Shown here in pieces: positions 30,353-40,140 of a stretch of 64,000 bases of DNA; the stretch's first letter is position 1; each line of letters opens with the position of its first letter. A program made the position numbers and the translations under genes. Origin of the DNA: Smithellaceae bacterium (lineage in GTDB: Bacteria; Desulfobacterota; Syntrophia; Syntrophales; Smithellaceae). The stretch lies in contig CAXXVL010000002.1 of the NCBI GenBank assembly GCA_963667845.2, positions 1,088,001-1,152,000 of the forward strand, read 5' to 3'. The notes below the pieces were generated by a model that did not search any database, was not told the DNA's origin, and was given only the letters and a program-made list of their open reading frames with translations.

Positions 30353-31716
30353 GTCGTCTTCAGTCTCGTGTTTTCATCCGCTCGGGTTTCAGAGAACTTT
30401 CCGGGTTCTTCCGTTGCGTTTCTCAGTATCCCCGCCTGGCGTTCGGCCCTCTCCCGGTAAAGGGTCGCCTTCTTTTCGTTCCCTTTTTGCCGGTAGATGA
30501 GGCTCAGGTGGACAAGACTTTCATAGTGGCCGGGATCAAGATAAAGAGCCTTCACAAAGCAATCTTCCGCGCGATTGAAATCGCGATCGGCCATGCGGAT
30601 AACGCCCATGAGGCAATACGTCCCGGCGGCCGGACCGAAGGTGCGGACATAATCTTCGCAGAGGCGCAGGGCACCCGTCATATCACCTCGATCGGCCAGT
30701 CCACGGGCTTCCTGAAGTTGCCGAGCCAGGACAGACTTGTCGGCATCGGCCTTTATCTCATCGGGCCTCGCCGCGTGCCGCATTCTACCGGCTGCAGGCG
30801 TTTGGGCCGCAAAAATATCAAATATCGGGTCTTCTGCCGGGACGCCTGGTTGGCGGCTTTTAGCGGCCGCCGACGTCGATTTAAGGGCTGCCGGTTTCTT
30901 GATGGCCTTAAGCGCCGGTGACTCAACCGGTTTGGATAAAGCAAAGGCCCGGTCCCACTGGATGGGGAGATAGCCCTGCTGATTCCAGAAAATTGTTTCC
31001 GTGTGCCCGGTGAAGAGCAGGCCTCCCGGCACAAGGAGGCGGTTGAGCAGGTCATAAACCCGGCGGCGGGCCTCCGCGGTCAGATAAATAAGCAAGTTTC
31101 GGCAGAAAATGATTGCATAAGGGCCCCGCGAGGCGAGGCTGCCGGGCGATAGCAGATTATCGTGAAGGAAGGTGACCTGGCGGACAATCTGTTCCGTTAC
31201 CCGGCGTCCGCGATGTGTTGTCTCAAAGAACGGGGCGACATCCTCTCCGATGTTTCCGCGGAAAGCGCCGCTGCCATAGCAGGCCTCTCCGGCCCGGGCA
31301 AGCGCCCCCAGGCTGACGTCCACGGCGTCGACCGAAAAGGCCTGCGGCGCCAGGCCGGCGGCAAAGAGAGTCATCGCGATGGAATAAGGTTCCTCGCCGG
31401 TCGAGCAAGGGGCGGAAAGGATATTCAAGGCTCTGTCCGGTCGAGTATTTTGTAATTCCCGGGCGTGACGGGCGAGATAGGTGAAGGGGCCGCGATCACG
31501 AAAAAACCAGGTTTCCCCGACAACCATCGCATCAATAAACCGCTGGCGCACGTCTGGCGACGAGGAGAATAGTTTTTCATAGGCCTGCACATCGGACAGA
31601 CCTTCCCGGCGCATGGCTGCGGCCACGGCGCGGCCGACGGCTTCCTTCCCCGCAGCGTCTTCCTCCATCCCCAGGGAAGCGGCGAGAAAGCGCAAGATGA
31701 CAGGAGGGGTGCTCAT
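30349..31716 (-). CDS. cheR: CheR methyltransferase with TPR, WspC type
   Basis: ETWFFRD, CSTGEEPYS, IFCRNLLIY, C-terminal KALYLDP TPR. Confidence 0.9.
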   Translation of the reverse strand: MSTPPVILRFLAASLGMEEDAAGKEAVGRAVAAAMRREGLSDVQAYEKLFSSSPDVRQRFIDAMVVGETWFFRDRGPFTYLARHARELQNTRPDRALNILSAPCSTGEEPYSIAMTLFAAGLAPQAFSVDAVDVSLGALARAGEACYGSGAFRGNIGEDVAPFFETTHRGRRVTEQIVRQVTFLHDNLLSPGSLASRGPYAIIFCRNLLIYLTAEARRRVYDLLNRLLVPGGLLFTGHTETIFWNQQGYLPIQWDRAFALSKPVESPALKAIKKPAALKSTSAAAKSRQPGVPAEDPIFDIFAAQTPAAGRMRHAARPDEIKADADKSVLARQLQEARGLADRGDMTGALRLCEDYVRTFGPAAGTYCLMGVIRMADRDFNRAEDCFVKALYLDPGHYESLVHLSLIYRQKGNEKKATLYRERAERQAGILRNATEEPGKFSETRADENTRLKTT

Positions 31717-32177
31717 CCGTTACTCACCTCGGGCGGAAAAAGGGTAAACAGCAGATCGCGGGTTAAAAGCCGTTCCATGTCCAGGACCTGCAGGGAACCG
31801 CGATCATCGAAGATCATGTCTCCCAGATAAGGTGCGCCGCTCACGGACACGACCGGCTGCTGGAGGTTTTCCTTATTGCAGCGAATCATTTCCGTAACCG
31901 CTTCCGCGAGGAGTCCGAGGATGTGAGACCGGCCGTCCTCGCCTTGATAGGTGACGAGGATGATGCGCGAGCTCATTCGCGGGCGCGAGGGGGCTCCGGT
32001 GAGCAGGGCCGTCAGATCCACGACCGGCGTGAGGGTACCCCGGTAATTGAATGTCCCGGCCACTTCCGCAGGCGCGTGAGGAATGGGTCTCAAGGACACA
32101 AGAGACGACACTTCGATGACTTGCTCAATATCGAGGCCGTAGCGATCTGCCCCGGCCTGAAACTGAAGTAATAACAT
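31713..32177 (-). CDS. cheW: CheW-like scaffold, WspB type
   Basis: MLLLQF..RYGL..G.FNYRG..PVVDL. Confidence 0.88.
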   Translation of the reverse strand: MLLLQFQAGADRYGLDIEQVIEVSSLVSLRPIPHAPAEVAGTFNYRGTLTPVVDLTALLTGAPSRPRMSSRIILVTYQGEDGRSHILGLLAEAVTEMIRCNKENLQQPVVSVSGAPYLGDMIFDDRGSLQVLDMERLLTRDLLFTLFPPEVSNG

Positions 32178-32188
32178 GGCGGCATCCG

Positions 32189-34387
32189 TCAGGAGCTGAT
32201 TCTGAACCGGGAGACCTCTGACTGAAGCCCCTGGATGGCCTCATTGAGCTGCTCCGTCGCCAGTTTGAATTCATGAAGCGATTCCTTGGTCTGCTCCGCA
32301 GCGGTCGACAGTTGGCACATGGCTTCGCTGATCTGCTGCGCTCCCTGGGACTGGCCGTACATGCCGTCCTTCACGGCGGTAAACTGCGGACCATGGATGC
32401 GCACCTGGTCGATAATCCGGGCAAGCTGGCTGCTCTGGGTTGCTACCGTTTCCACGCCGCGCCGGACTTCATCCGCGAACTTGTCCATTTCCATTACGCC
32501 GGTCGAGACGGACGTCTGCATTTCGGCTACGACCTGTTCGATGTCCTGGGTTGCGATGGCAGTCTGATCGGCCAGACGACTGATTTCACGGGCGACAACG
32601 GAAAAGCCCCGCCCGAACTCGCCTGCTTTTTCGGCTTCTATTGCGGCGTTCAGCGACAGCAGGTTCGTCTGATCGGAAATCTTGTTGATCGTGGTGACCA
32701 CATGAGAAATTTTATTGGCCCGGTCATTGATGACGGCGAGCTTGGACGAGATGGACGAAGTGGCCTTGACCAGTTCGCGCATGGCGACTTCCATATGGGA
32801 GAGATCCTTGCGGCCCGATTCGGCCATGCCGATCGTTTCATTCAGGGAGACATTGACTCCCTCCATGGTCTGGGCCAGATCATCGGCCGTCGCGGAGATC
32901 TCACGGCTGGTGGCCGTTACTTCGGTTGTGGACGCCGCCTGCTGGGCGACAGTTGCTTCCAGTTCGCGCGCCGAAGCGGCGATCTCGGTGGCGGATGTCG
33001 TCACCTGGATGCCCGACCGGTGGACCTGGCCGATGAGCGAATCGAGGTTTCCCGTCATCGTTTCAAAAGCCTCAAGGAGTTTGCCGGTTTCATCACCCGA
33101 CTGGATGATCCGGGCCGCCTCCGGTTTGGCCAATTCTTCGCGAGCCTGCTGGAGGTCGCCTACGGCAATCTTCTGGGCGAGCCTGGTCGTGAGCCCGAGC
33201 GGGTGTGTCAGACGACGCGCCAGGTAGTAGGCGAGCCACACGGACAGAAGAATGAGCACCACGCCGGCCCCAACGAGTTTCACAAAAAGAGACTTGATCA
33301 TATCATTGACGCGGCCGATCGGGCCGAAGAAATCATCCTCATAGGTTCCCGCCACGATAACCCAGTCAAAGGGTTCAAAGTAGATAACAGACGAGATTTT
33401 CTTGCGCGGGGAGGGCTCACCCGGATTCTGCCAGACGTATTCATGGTAAAAAGACGCGCCCTTGGGTTGCTGCAAGGCTTTCGTGATAAGCATCTGAATG
33501 ATGGCATTGCCATGGATGTCCTTTTGCTCCCAGATGTTTTCACCGTCGCGCTTGCCGTCTTTAGAAATGATGTATCGGCCGCGGTGCTCACCCTTGCCGC
33601 CGACAACGCCGACGTAGCCCATTTTCCCCACTTTCATGCCCAGGATCGCTTTGCGCAGTGAATCAACGGCCTCCAGCTTTTCGCCGACATAGAGCATGCC
33701 GATAATCTTCCCCGCCTTGTCCCTAACGGGCTCGTAGGCTGTTAAATACCAGGTGTTTACCACATAGGCGAGTCCCCGGTAGGACTGTCCCTTCAAAACC
33801 GCCGCAATAACTGCGTTGGCTGAACCGTCCGGCATAACGGCCGGAATATAGGTGCCGATGGCCCGCTTCTTTTCCGCATCCAATACGTTCGTTGCCACCC
33901 GCAGCATATCGCCGGTTTCATTCATGCGCTGAAAGATCGTGCAGGTGATGCCGACAAGCTGTTTCACTTCATCAACGACGGGCGTGGGTGCCCCCGGATT
34001 GCGATTCTGACCGAGCCAGACGCCGCCCGCCATCAACCTGGGCAGTTCGATTTTCTGCGACTGCTTGGTGATCTGATTGACGGCGTCCCAGTCAACCTTT
34101 TCTTTTCCTGTTTCGATGCCCTTATGTTGTTTGAGAATATTTCCGGCGACGTTGAGGCCGTTGTTGATTTTCTTCTGGATGAGATCATTGGATGTTTCGC
34201 ACAGTCCGTAGACGTCTTTGGCAATTTGGGCCATGTTGGCCATTGCCACGTCGCCGAGTTCTCTCGAGGCCAGCTCGGAGACGGAAGACTGGAATGATCC
34301 CATGAAGATGATCATGACAACGACGGGTAAAATGGCGGCCAGTACCGCCAGGCCGATAATCTTGCGCTTGAGAGTCATTTTCATCAT
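32189..34387 (-). CDS. Methyl-accepting chemotaxis protein (WspA position) with a Cache-type periplasmic sensor
   Basis: Two TMs, TIFQR..RVATNV..RAIGT Cache motif, HAMP, QTNLLSLNAAIEA signalling tip; start fixed by AAGGA RBS and the promoter at 34416-34444. Confidence 0.9.
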   Translation of the reverse strand: MMKMTLKRKIIGLAVLAAILPVVVMIIFMGSFQSSVSELASRELGDVAMANMAQIAKDVYGLCETSNDLIQKKINNGLNVAGNILKQHKGIETGKEKVDWDAVNQITKQSQKIELPRLMAGGVWLGQNRNPGAPTPVVDEVKQLVGITCTIFQRMNETGDMLRVATNVLDAEKKRAIGTYIPAVMPDGSANAVIAAVLKGQSYRGLAYVVNTWYLTAYEPVRDKAGKIIGMLYVGEKLEAVDSLRKAILGMKVGKMGYVGVVGGKGEHRGRYIISKDGKRDGENIWEQKDIHGNAIIQMLITKALQQPKGASFYHEYVWQNPGEPSPRKKISSVIYFEPFDWVIVAGTYEDDFFGPIGRVNDMIKSLFVKLVGAGVVLILLSVWLAYYLARRLTHPLGLTTRLAQKIAVGDLQQAREELAKPEAARIIQSGDETGKLLEAFETMTGNLDSLIGQVHRSGIQVTTSATEIAASARELEATVAQQAASTTEVTATSREISATADDLAQTMEGVNVSLNETIGMAESGRKDLSHMEVAMRELVKATSSISSKLAVINDRANKISHVVTTINKISDQTNLLSLNAAIEAEKAGEFGRGFSVVAREISRLADQTAIATQDIEQVVAEMQTSVSTGVMEMDKFADEVRRGVETVATQSSQLARIIDQVRIHGPQFTAVKDGMYGQSQGAQQISEAMCQLSTAAEQTKESLHEFKLATEQLNEAIQGLQSEVSRFRISS

Positions 34388-34415
34388 GTGACACGTCCTT
34401 AGTGAAGTGGGAGAA

Positions 34416-34444
34416 AGTATAGGGAAGGCGGGTGGGTCTGTCAA
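34416..34444 (-). promoter_or_regulatory. Sigma-70 promoter of the wsp-like operon
   Basis: TTGACA-N17-TATACT on the minus strand. Confidence 0.75.
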
Positions 34445-34577
34445 GGAAATCTTGGAAATCCTTAGGACAAAAGTCATTTCTCGTTGGGATGATGCCAGGC
34501 AAAAGTTGAATATCCGCAGGAGCGGTCGCCCCGGCATACACCAGGCTAAAAGACCGTAACTTTTCTTAGATGGATAA

Positions 34578-35402
34578 TCAAAATTCCTTGCCGCGGATAA
34601 ACGCGACCGCACTTTTGAAAATCGCCAGACCCTGGCCTTCTTCGGGGAGATCTTCGCGCGTCCAGCGGGGGTGGTTGGTGCGGTGCAGAAATGCCTCGGG
34701 GTGCGGCATCAGACCGAAGAGCCGGCCGGTTTCGTTGCAGATGCCGGCAATGGCGTGGGTCGAACCGTTGGGGTTTAGCGGATAGTCCATCGTGACTGAA
34801 CCCTTCGCGTCGCAGTACTGAAACGTAACCAGATTTTTCTTTTCTATTTCTGCGAGGATCGCGGAACTCTCCGGAACAAATTTCCCTTCGCCGTGGCGGA
34901 CGGGAAAGTAAACCTGATCGATGCCGTCTGTGAAGACGCACGGACTTTGCACGTTGGCTTTGAGATACACCCAGCGGTCCTCAAATCGTCCCGAGTCGTT
35001 GAAGGTCAGCGTCGTGCTCTGCCTGGTGAAGTTTGCCTCAAGCGCAGGCAGCAGACCCAGCTTGACCATGAGTTGGAATCCGTTGCAGACGCCCAGAATC
35101 AGTCCGCCGGTCCCGATGAATTTCAGCAGTTCTTCGATGAGCATTTCACTGGCTCCGGAAATCGGTGCATGGAGAAAGCGATTGGCCCCGGCCTTGGCCG
35201 AGCCCAGGTCGTCGCCGTCAAGGAATCCACCCGGCAGGTTCAGAAAGTTGTAGTCCGACAGGCGCTTTTCTCCGAAAAGCAATTCGCTGATATGCACGAT
35301 ATTGACTTTGTCAGCCCCGGCGAGCCGGCAGGCGTGCGCCATTTCCATTTCACAGTTGGTGCCGTTGCCGGTGAGGACGATCGCTTTGACTTTGTTTGTC
35401 AT
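34578..35402 (-). CDS. purQ: FGAM synthase glutaminase subunit
   Basis: GTNCE, PGGFLDGD, GVCNGFQ, GLMPHPE. Confidence 0.95.
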   Translation of the reverse strand: MTNKVKAIVLTGNGTNCEMEMAHACRLAGADKVNIVHISELLFGEKRLSDYNFLNLPGGFLDGDDLGSAKAGANRFLHAPISGASEMLIEELLKFIGTGGLILGVCNGFQLMVKLGLLPALEANFTRQSTTLTFNDSGRFEDRWVYLKANVQSPCVFTDGIDQVYFPVRHGEGKFVPESSAILAEIEKKNLVTFQYCDAKGSVTMDYPLNPNGSTHAIAGICNETGRLFGLMPHPEAFLHRTNHPRWTREDLPEEGQGLAIFKSAVAFIRGKEF

Positions 35403-35416
35403 GGTGTTAATCCTGT

Positions 35417-38398
35417 TTAAAAATTAAGCGGCTTCTGCCACGTCTCTTTGAGCTTGCCGATTTTTTCTTTGATGATCGTTTTGCCGGAAAGACCGCTGAT
35501 CCGAAGCAGTCCGTCGCTGGCGACAAAACCGATTTCGCGCCCGACGTTCCCGGTCATGATTTTATCAAACTTTGCTTTGTCTTGCGGATGAATCGTCGCG
35601 ACGAAGCGGCTGGCCGTTTCGGAAAATAAAATATAGTCATCACGCTTCTTGCCGCGATAGGGGACATCCTTCAAGTCGATGCTCAGGCCGAAGCCCCCGG
35701 CAAACGCGGTTTCAGCAAGCGCCACGCCCAAGCCTCCGTCGGAGCAGTCATGACACGAAGCCACCAGACCCGCCTGAATCGCTTTGCCCAGCGCCCTGTA
35801 GAGCTTCATGGCTTTTCTGGCGTCTACCTGCGGAACGTTGTTGCCCACCGCCTGGTTTTGCGCGAACCATTCGGAGCCGCCCAACTCGTCGCGGGTCTCG
35901 CCCAGAATGTAAACCAGGTCCTGCGGGCGCTTGGCGTCCATGGTCACGGCTTTGCGCACATCCTTGATCTTGCCGATGACCGAATAAAGCAGCGTTGGCG
36001 GAACGGAAATTTTCGTCCTGCCGATGGAGTAATCGTTCTTCATGCTGTCCTTGCCGGAGATGCAGGGCACGCCGTAGGCGGTTGTGTAATCGTAGATTGC
36101 CATGTTCGAACGGACCAGCTGGGCCAGCTTGTATTCACCATCGGGGGTCTTTACGGATTTGACCGGATCGCACCAGCAGAAGTTATCGAGACCCGCCAGA
36201 TGATCCAGATCGACGCCGACGGCAACCGCGTTGCGCACCGCTTCGTCGATGGCGCAGGCCGTCATATGGTAGGCGTCGATGTCGCTGTAACGCGGGCAGA
36301 TGCCGTGGGCCACGACAACGCCTTCCATGGATTCGAGAATCGGCCGGATAATACCCGCGTCCGACGGGCCGTCGTTTTGTATGCCCACCAGGGGTTTGAC
36401 CACGGAGCCGCCCTGGACTTCATGATCGTATTGGCGGACGACGGATTCTTTCGAGCAGATATTCAGTCTCGCCAGCATCTGAGCAAGCGCTTTATTCAGA
36501 TTGGCAGGCGCGGCAAATTTCGGCTCCGCGTTTTTCGGCGCTTTCCATTTGGCCGCAAGTTTCATCTGCGGCACACCCTCATGCAGAAATTCCATGTCCA
36601 GGCAGGCCACCGTGTTCTCGCCGTAACGGACATGGAACAGGCCGGACTTTGTAAACCTGCCCATGGCCGTGGCTTCCACACCCATCTTACAGGCCAGTTC
36701 CAGGAAGGTGTCGACTTTCTTCGGATCGACGGCCAGCGTCATGCGTTCCTGGGCTTCGGAGACGAGAATTTCCCAGGGTTGCAGGCCCGCGTATTTCAGA
36801 GGGGCGAGCGACAGATCGATTTCACAGCCGCCGGAATAGGTGGCCATTTCGCCTACGGAGGAAGACAGGCCGCCCGCGCCGTTGTCGGTGAGCGCGCGGT
36901 ACAGGCCGCGGTTGCGGGCGATGAGCAGAAAGTCGGTCATCTTCTTCTGCGTGATCGGGTCGCCGATCTGCACGGCCGTCACCGGCGAGCCTTCGTGAAG
37001 CTCTTCCGAGGAGAATGTCGCGCCGTGAATGCCGTCCTTACCGATGCGGCCGCCCGTCATGACGATGACGTCGCCGGGCTTGATTTCTTTGGTGTGCGTC
37101 GGCTTGCCGTTGAGCTTCGCGGGCATAATGCCGGCGGTGCCGCAGTAAACCAGGGGTTTCCCCAGATATCTTTCATCAAAAACAAGGCTGCCGTTTACCG
37201 TGGGGATGCCGCTTTTGTTGCCGCCGTGTTCGACACCTTCGCGCACGCCTTCGTAAATCCGGCGCGGGTGCAGAATGCGGGGCGGCAGTTTCTTTTTGTG
37301 GAAGGGCGAGGCAAAGCAAAACACATCCGTGTTGAAGATGAGTTTAGCGCCCATGCCCGTGCCGAACGGATCGCGGTTGACGCCGACGATGCCGGTCAGC
37401 GCTCCGCCGTAAGGATCGAGCGCGGAGGGCGAATTGTGCGTTTCCACCTTGAAGACGAGGTTGTGATCGTCGTTGAACTTAATGACGCCCGCGTTATCCA
37501 CGAACACGGACAGACAGAAATCCTTTTTGCCCTTGGCTTTGCGGATCCTGGCCGTTGAGCCCTTGATGTACGTCTTGAACAGCGAGTTGATGACCTTCTT
37601 CGTGCGGCCGTCCGTGTAATCGATCCGGCTGTTAAAAATTTTGTGTTTGCAGTGCTCCGACCAGGTCTGCGCCAGACACTCCAGCTCCACGTCGGTCGTG
37701 CATTTATCAAGCCCGAATTTCCTGCGCGCTTTGACAACGGCGGGATTCCGATAGTAAGACTGAATGGCCCGCATCTCTTCCAGATTGAGCGCCAGCAGTT
37801 TTTCCCGGCTGAGCTCGATCAGCACCTCATCGTCGAGCGCCGTCAGGTCGATGTCGGCGACCTGCGGTTCATCCTTGCCTGTAACCTGCGGAACATAGGC
37901 GGGCAGGCCGCAGCTGAAATCGAATTGGGCCGCACCGATCACCTGATGGCGTTCGATCAGGTCATTCGCGAGAAGCCCGGAGGCGATATTTTCGGCATCG
38001 GCCTTAGAGATCGGACCGGAAATCAAATATTGGCGGGACGTGTAGACGCTGATTTTACGTGAGCCGACATTTTCACTAAGCAATAGAGTGATCGCTTCAC
38101 GCGCCGTCTTGCCTACATTGTCGGTGACACCGGGGCGAAAACCGACTTCAATGAGCCAGTCGAAATTCCTGGCGAGCGGCCGGTTAATTGAATAATCCTG
38201 AATGACCGGGTCGGAAAGCGGGCCTTTGGCCGCTTCCTGTAATTCGGAATCGTTGAATTCCCCCGCTACCGTATACACTTCAATGGTCGCAACGTTTGCA
38301 ACCGGGAGCCCCAGGTTATCGGTGATACGCTTTTTTGTCTTTTCGCCGAGCGCGTCGCGAATACCCTCTTTAAAACCAACTTCAATTCTGTCCGCCAT
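35417..38398 (-). CDS. purL: FGAM synthase PurL with N-terminal PurS-like extension
   Basis: QTWSEHCKH, KVETHNSPS, DNGAGG, SEAQERM, HDCSDGG; start taken as MADRIEV. Confidence 0.95.
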   Translation of the reverse strand: MADRIEVGFKEGIRDALGEKTKKRITDNLGLPVANVATIEVYTVAGEFNDSELQEAAKGPLSDPVIQDYSINRPLARNFDWLIEVGFRPGVTDNVGKTAREAITLLLSENVGSRKISVYTSRQYLISGPISKADAENIASGLLANDLIERHQVIGAAQFDFSCGLPAYVPQVTGKDEPQVADIDLTALDDEVLIELSREKLLALNLEEMRAIQSYYRNPAVVKARRKFGLDKCTTDVELECLAQTWSEHCKHKIFNSRIDYTDGRTKKVINSLFKTYIKGSTARIRKAKGKKDFCLSVFVDNAGVIKFNDDHNLVFKVETHNSPSALDPYGGALTGIVGVNRDPFGTGMGAKLIFNTDVFCFASPFHKKKLPPRILHPRRIYEGVREGVEHGGNKSGIPTVNGSLVFDERYLGKPLVYCGTAGIMPAKLNGKPTHTKEIKPGDVIVMTGGRIGKDGIHGATFSSEELHEGSPVTAVQIGDPITQKKMTDFLLIARNRGLYRALTDNGAGGLSSSVGEMATYSGGCEIDLSLAPLKYAGLQPWEILVSEAQERMTLAVDPKKVDTFLELACKMGVEATAMGRFTKSGLFHVRYGENTVACLDMEFLHEGVPQMKLAAKWKAPKNAEPKFAAPANLNKALAQMLARLNICSKESVVRQYDHEVQGGSVVKPLVGIQNDGPSDAGIIRPILESMEGVVVAHGICPRYSDIDAYHMTACAIDEAVRNAVAVGVDLDHLAGLDNFCWCDPVKSVKTPDGEYKLAQLVRSNMAIYDYTTAYGVPCISGKDSMKNDYSIGRTKISVPPTLLYSVIGKIKDVRKAVTMDAKRPQDLVYILGETRDELGGSEWFAQNQAVGNNVPQVDARKAMKLYRALGKAIQAGLVASCHDCSDGGLGVALAETAFAGGFGLSIDLKDVPYRGKKRDDYILFSETASRFVATIHPQDKAKFDKIMTGNVGREIGFVASDGLLRISGLSGKTIIKEKIGKLKETWQKPLNF

Positions 38399-38722
38399 GG
38401 ATTTATCCTGATATTTCCGATATTTTTGATCTGTCGACATAAAGCAGATGATGCGCTTATACCCAAAACGCCCCAAATATGCAATGTACAAATATGTGCC
38501 ACAGAGAGTGCTGTAAATATCCGTAACTTATAGAGTGTTCATCCATATCTTCCGGCAATTGTCCCCGAAAATAATTAAAAAGCAAATATATTTAACCACT
38601 TCAGCCGGAGAAGCGCCCGTTAACCTGATATTGTCCTCTTTGCGAAATAATCACTCGCGGAAGGACTGAAGAATATTTTGCTTCGGCCGGCCGTTACTGC
38701 GGCTTCATTTACAATACATTGC

Positions 38723-38751
38723 TTGACATTAACAACCTGCGGCAGTACATT
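38723..38751 (+). promoter_or_regulatory. Sigma-70 promoter with no downstream protein gene
   Basis: TTGACA-N17-TACATT. Confidence 0.65.
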
Positions 38752-38757
38752 AATAGC

Positions 38758-38932
38758 GAAGAGCGCTGCAATGCCCGTGTGATGTGACCAGAAGTTACAC
38801 AGTTTCACTGGAGGTAATTAGAAAGCATCGATGGGTATTAGTGAAAATGCCAAGCTGCCAAGAGAGCAGTTATGAAAAATAGGCTGACTACAGCTTATGG
38901 AAGAAAAGCATTGCAGCTCTCTTCTTTTCTTT
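38758..38932 (+). ncRNA. Candidate structured small RNA of unknown family
   Basis: Begins about 7 nt after the -10; 17-bp 5'/3' terminal helix with one mismatch; four internal hairpins; ends in TTTTCTTT. Confidence 0.5.
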
Positions 38933-39037
38933 GAACCATGAAGTATCCCGAGCTATACTTTCCCGATAGTTTTATTTTCCTTGGCTAATAACGAATCCCG
39001 AGTCGCTGACGCTGCTTGATCACTTTTGCGTCAGGCG

Positions 39038-40018
39038 CTATGGTGAGGCTGTGTAAAACAGCATGTGATCGTTCATGGTTTCCCGAATCACCCCGTCGCG
39101 CTTAAGTTCCTGCAGGTAGACATAGGTTTCATTGAGCGCCATGAATTTCTCCCAGTCGTCCCAATTGGCCGCTGTCGCGCCGATCATTTCGCCGCAGATG
39201 GAATACGTCGTTTTCGGCTCTGTGCCGATGATGTCCAGAAGTGCCTGCTTTTTCAGGATGTGGTGGGTGCGGATCTCCCGGAGGCGTTCTTCGATGCCGC
39301 TAAGCGAATTTCCATGTCCTGGATAGATAATACTGATCGGCAACTTTTCAATGACGGAAAGTGATTCCAGGTAGCTCTGGAGCGGCTGAAAGATTTCGTC
39401 GTAGATATTGGGGCTCAGGCTCGGGGCGATGTAGGGCAGAACATGATCGCCGGCCAGCAACAGGCCTTCCTCCCGGAAGAAGAAGCAGACATGTCCGGCG
39501 GCATGCCCAGGTGTAAAAATGACTTCAAAGGAACGGCTGCCGAAGCGGCGGACTTCCCCATCCTCCAGAAAACTCGTCACATCCAGTCGCGGAATCCGAC
39601 TCCTCATGTCTTCAATTTCTTCTACGATGGCTTCCACATCGCGGGCGGACATGCCATGTTTGGCGTAAAAGATCCGGGCCTGCAAAATGAGGTAGTCCCC
39701 TTCCTGAAAATGGGCATGAACCTGATTCGCGGTTTGAGAGAGGTGCAGACGCGCCTTTGATTTTTCCTGGATGGTTGCGGACATGCCGCAGTGATCGGTG
39801 TGCACGTGTGTGAGGTAGATATCGCTCACGTCCTCCACGGCCCGGCCGATGCTTCGTAAATCAGCTTCCAGTTTTTCGTAGGCGCCCGGCATATGCATCC
39901 CCGTGTCAAAGAGGGCGATATGTTTACCGTCAGTGAGCGCGTAGGCGTGGACGTGACGCAGGCGGAAAGGCATAGGCAGTGTGATGCGGTAAAAGTTTTC
40001 GGATATTTCTGTGATCAT
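39038..40018 (-). CDS. MBL-fold metallo-hydrolase
   Basis: THVHTDH, TPGH, GDH, PGHG motifs. Confidence 0.88.
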   Translation of the reverse strand: MITEISENFYRITLPMPFRLRHVHAYALTDGKHIALFDTGMHMPGAYEKLEADLRSIGRAVEDVSDIYLTHVHTDHCGMSATIQEKSKARLHLSQTANQVHAHFQEGDYLILQARIFYAKHGMSARDVEAIVEEIEDMRSRIPRLDVTSFLEDGEVRRFGSRSFEVIFTPGHAAGHVCFFFREEGLLLAGDHVLPYIAPSLSPNIYDEIFQPLQSYLESLSVIEKLPISIIYPGHGNSLSGIEERLREIRTHHILKKQALLDIIGTEPKTTYSICGEMIGATAANWDDWEKFMALNETYVYLQELKRDGVIRETMNDHMLFYTASP

Positions 40019-40140
40019 GGGAAAAATACAAACTCATTCTTTAGAGCAAGGGGACTTGCCACCCTTCAGTGGTGGTTGCAACCCGTTGCTCTGGATTTCC
40101 TTGCGCCTTGGTTCTTGGATCCCTGGTCCTGCTTTTTTAT

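Noticed and set aside
34388..34612. N-terminal extension of the MCP in the ORF track
   Set aside because: It spans the operon's own promoter and overlaps purQ; the RBS supports a start at 34387
35750..37558. 602-aa plus-strand ORF, and similar long ORFs at 13703, 20084, 25063, 32273 and 49945
   Set aside because: Antisense shadows of well-supported genes, explained by codon bias; no recognisable motifs
38831..38934. Small ORFs inside the candidate ncRNA (MGISENAKLPREQL; MKNRLTTAYGRKALQLSSFL)
   Set aside because: GGAGGT is too far from the ATG and neither peptide is hydrophobic, so a type I toxin reading is unsupported
40098..40131. Weak 7-nt periodic CTTG/CCTG run
   Set aside because: Too degenerate to call
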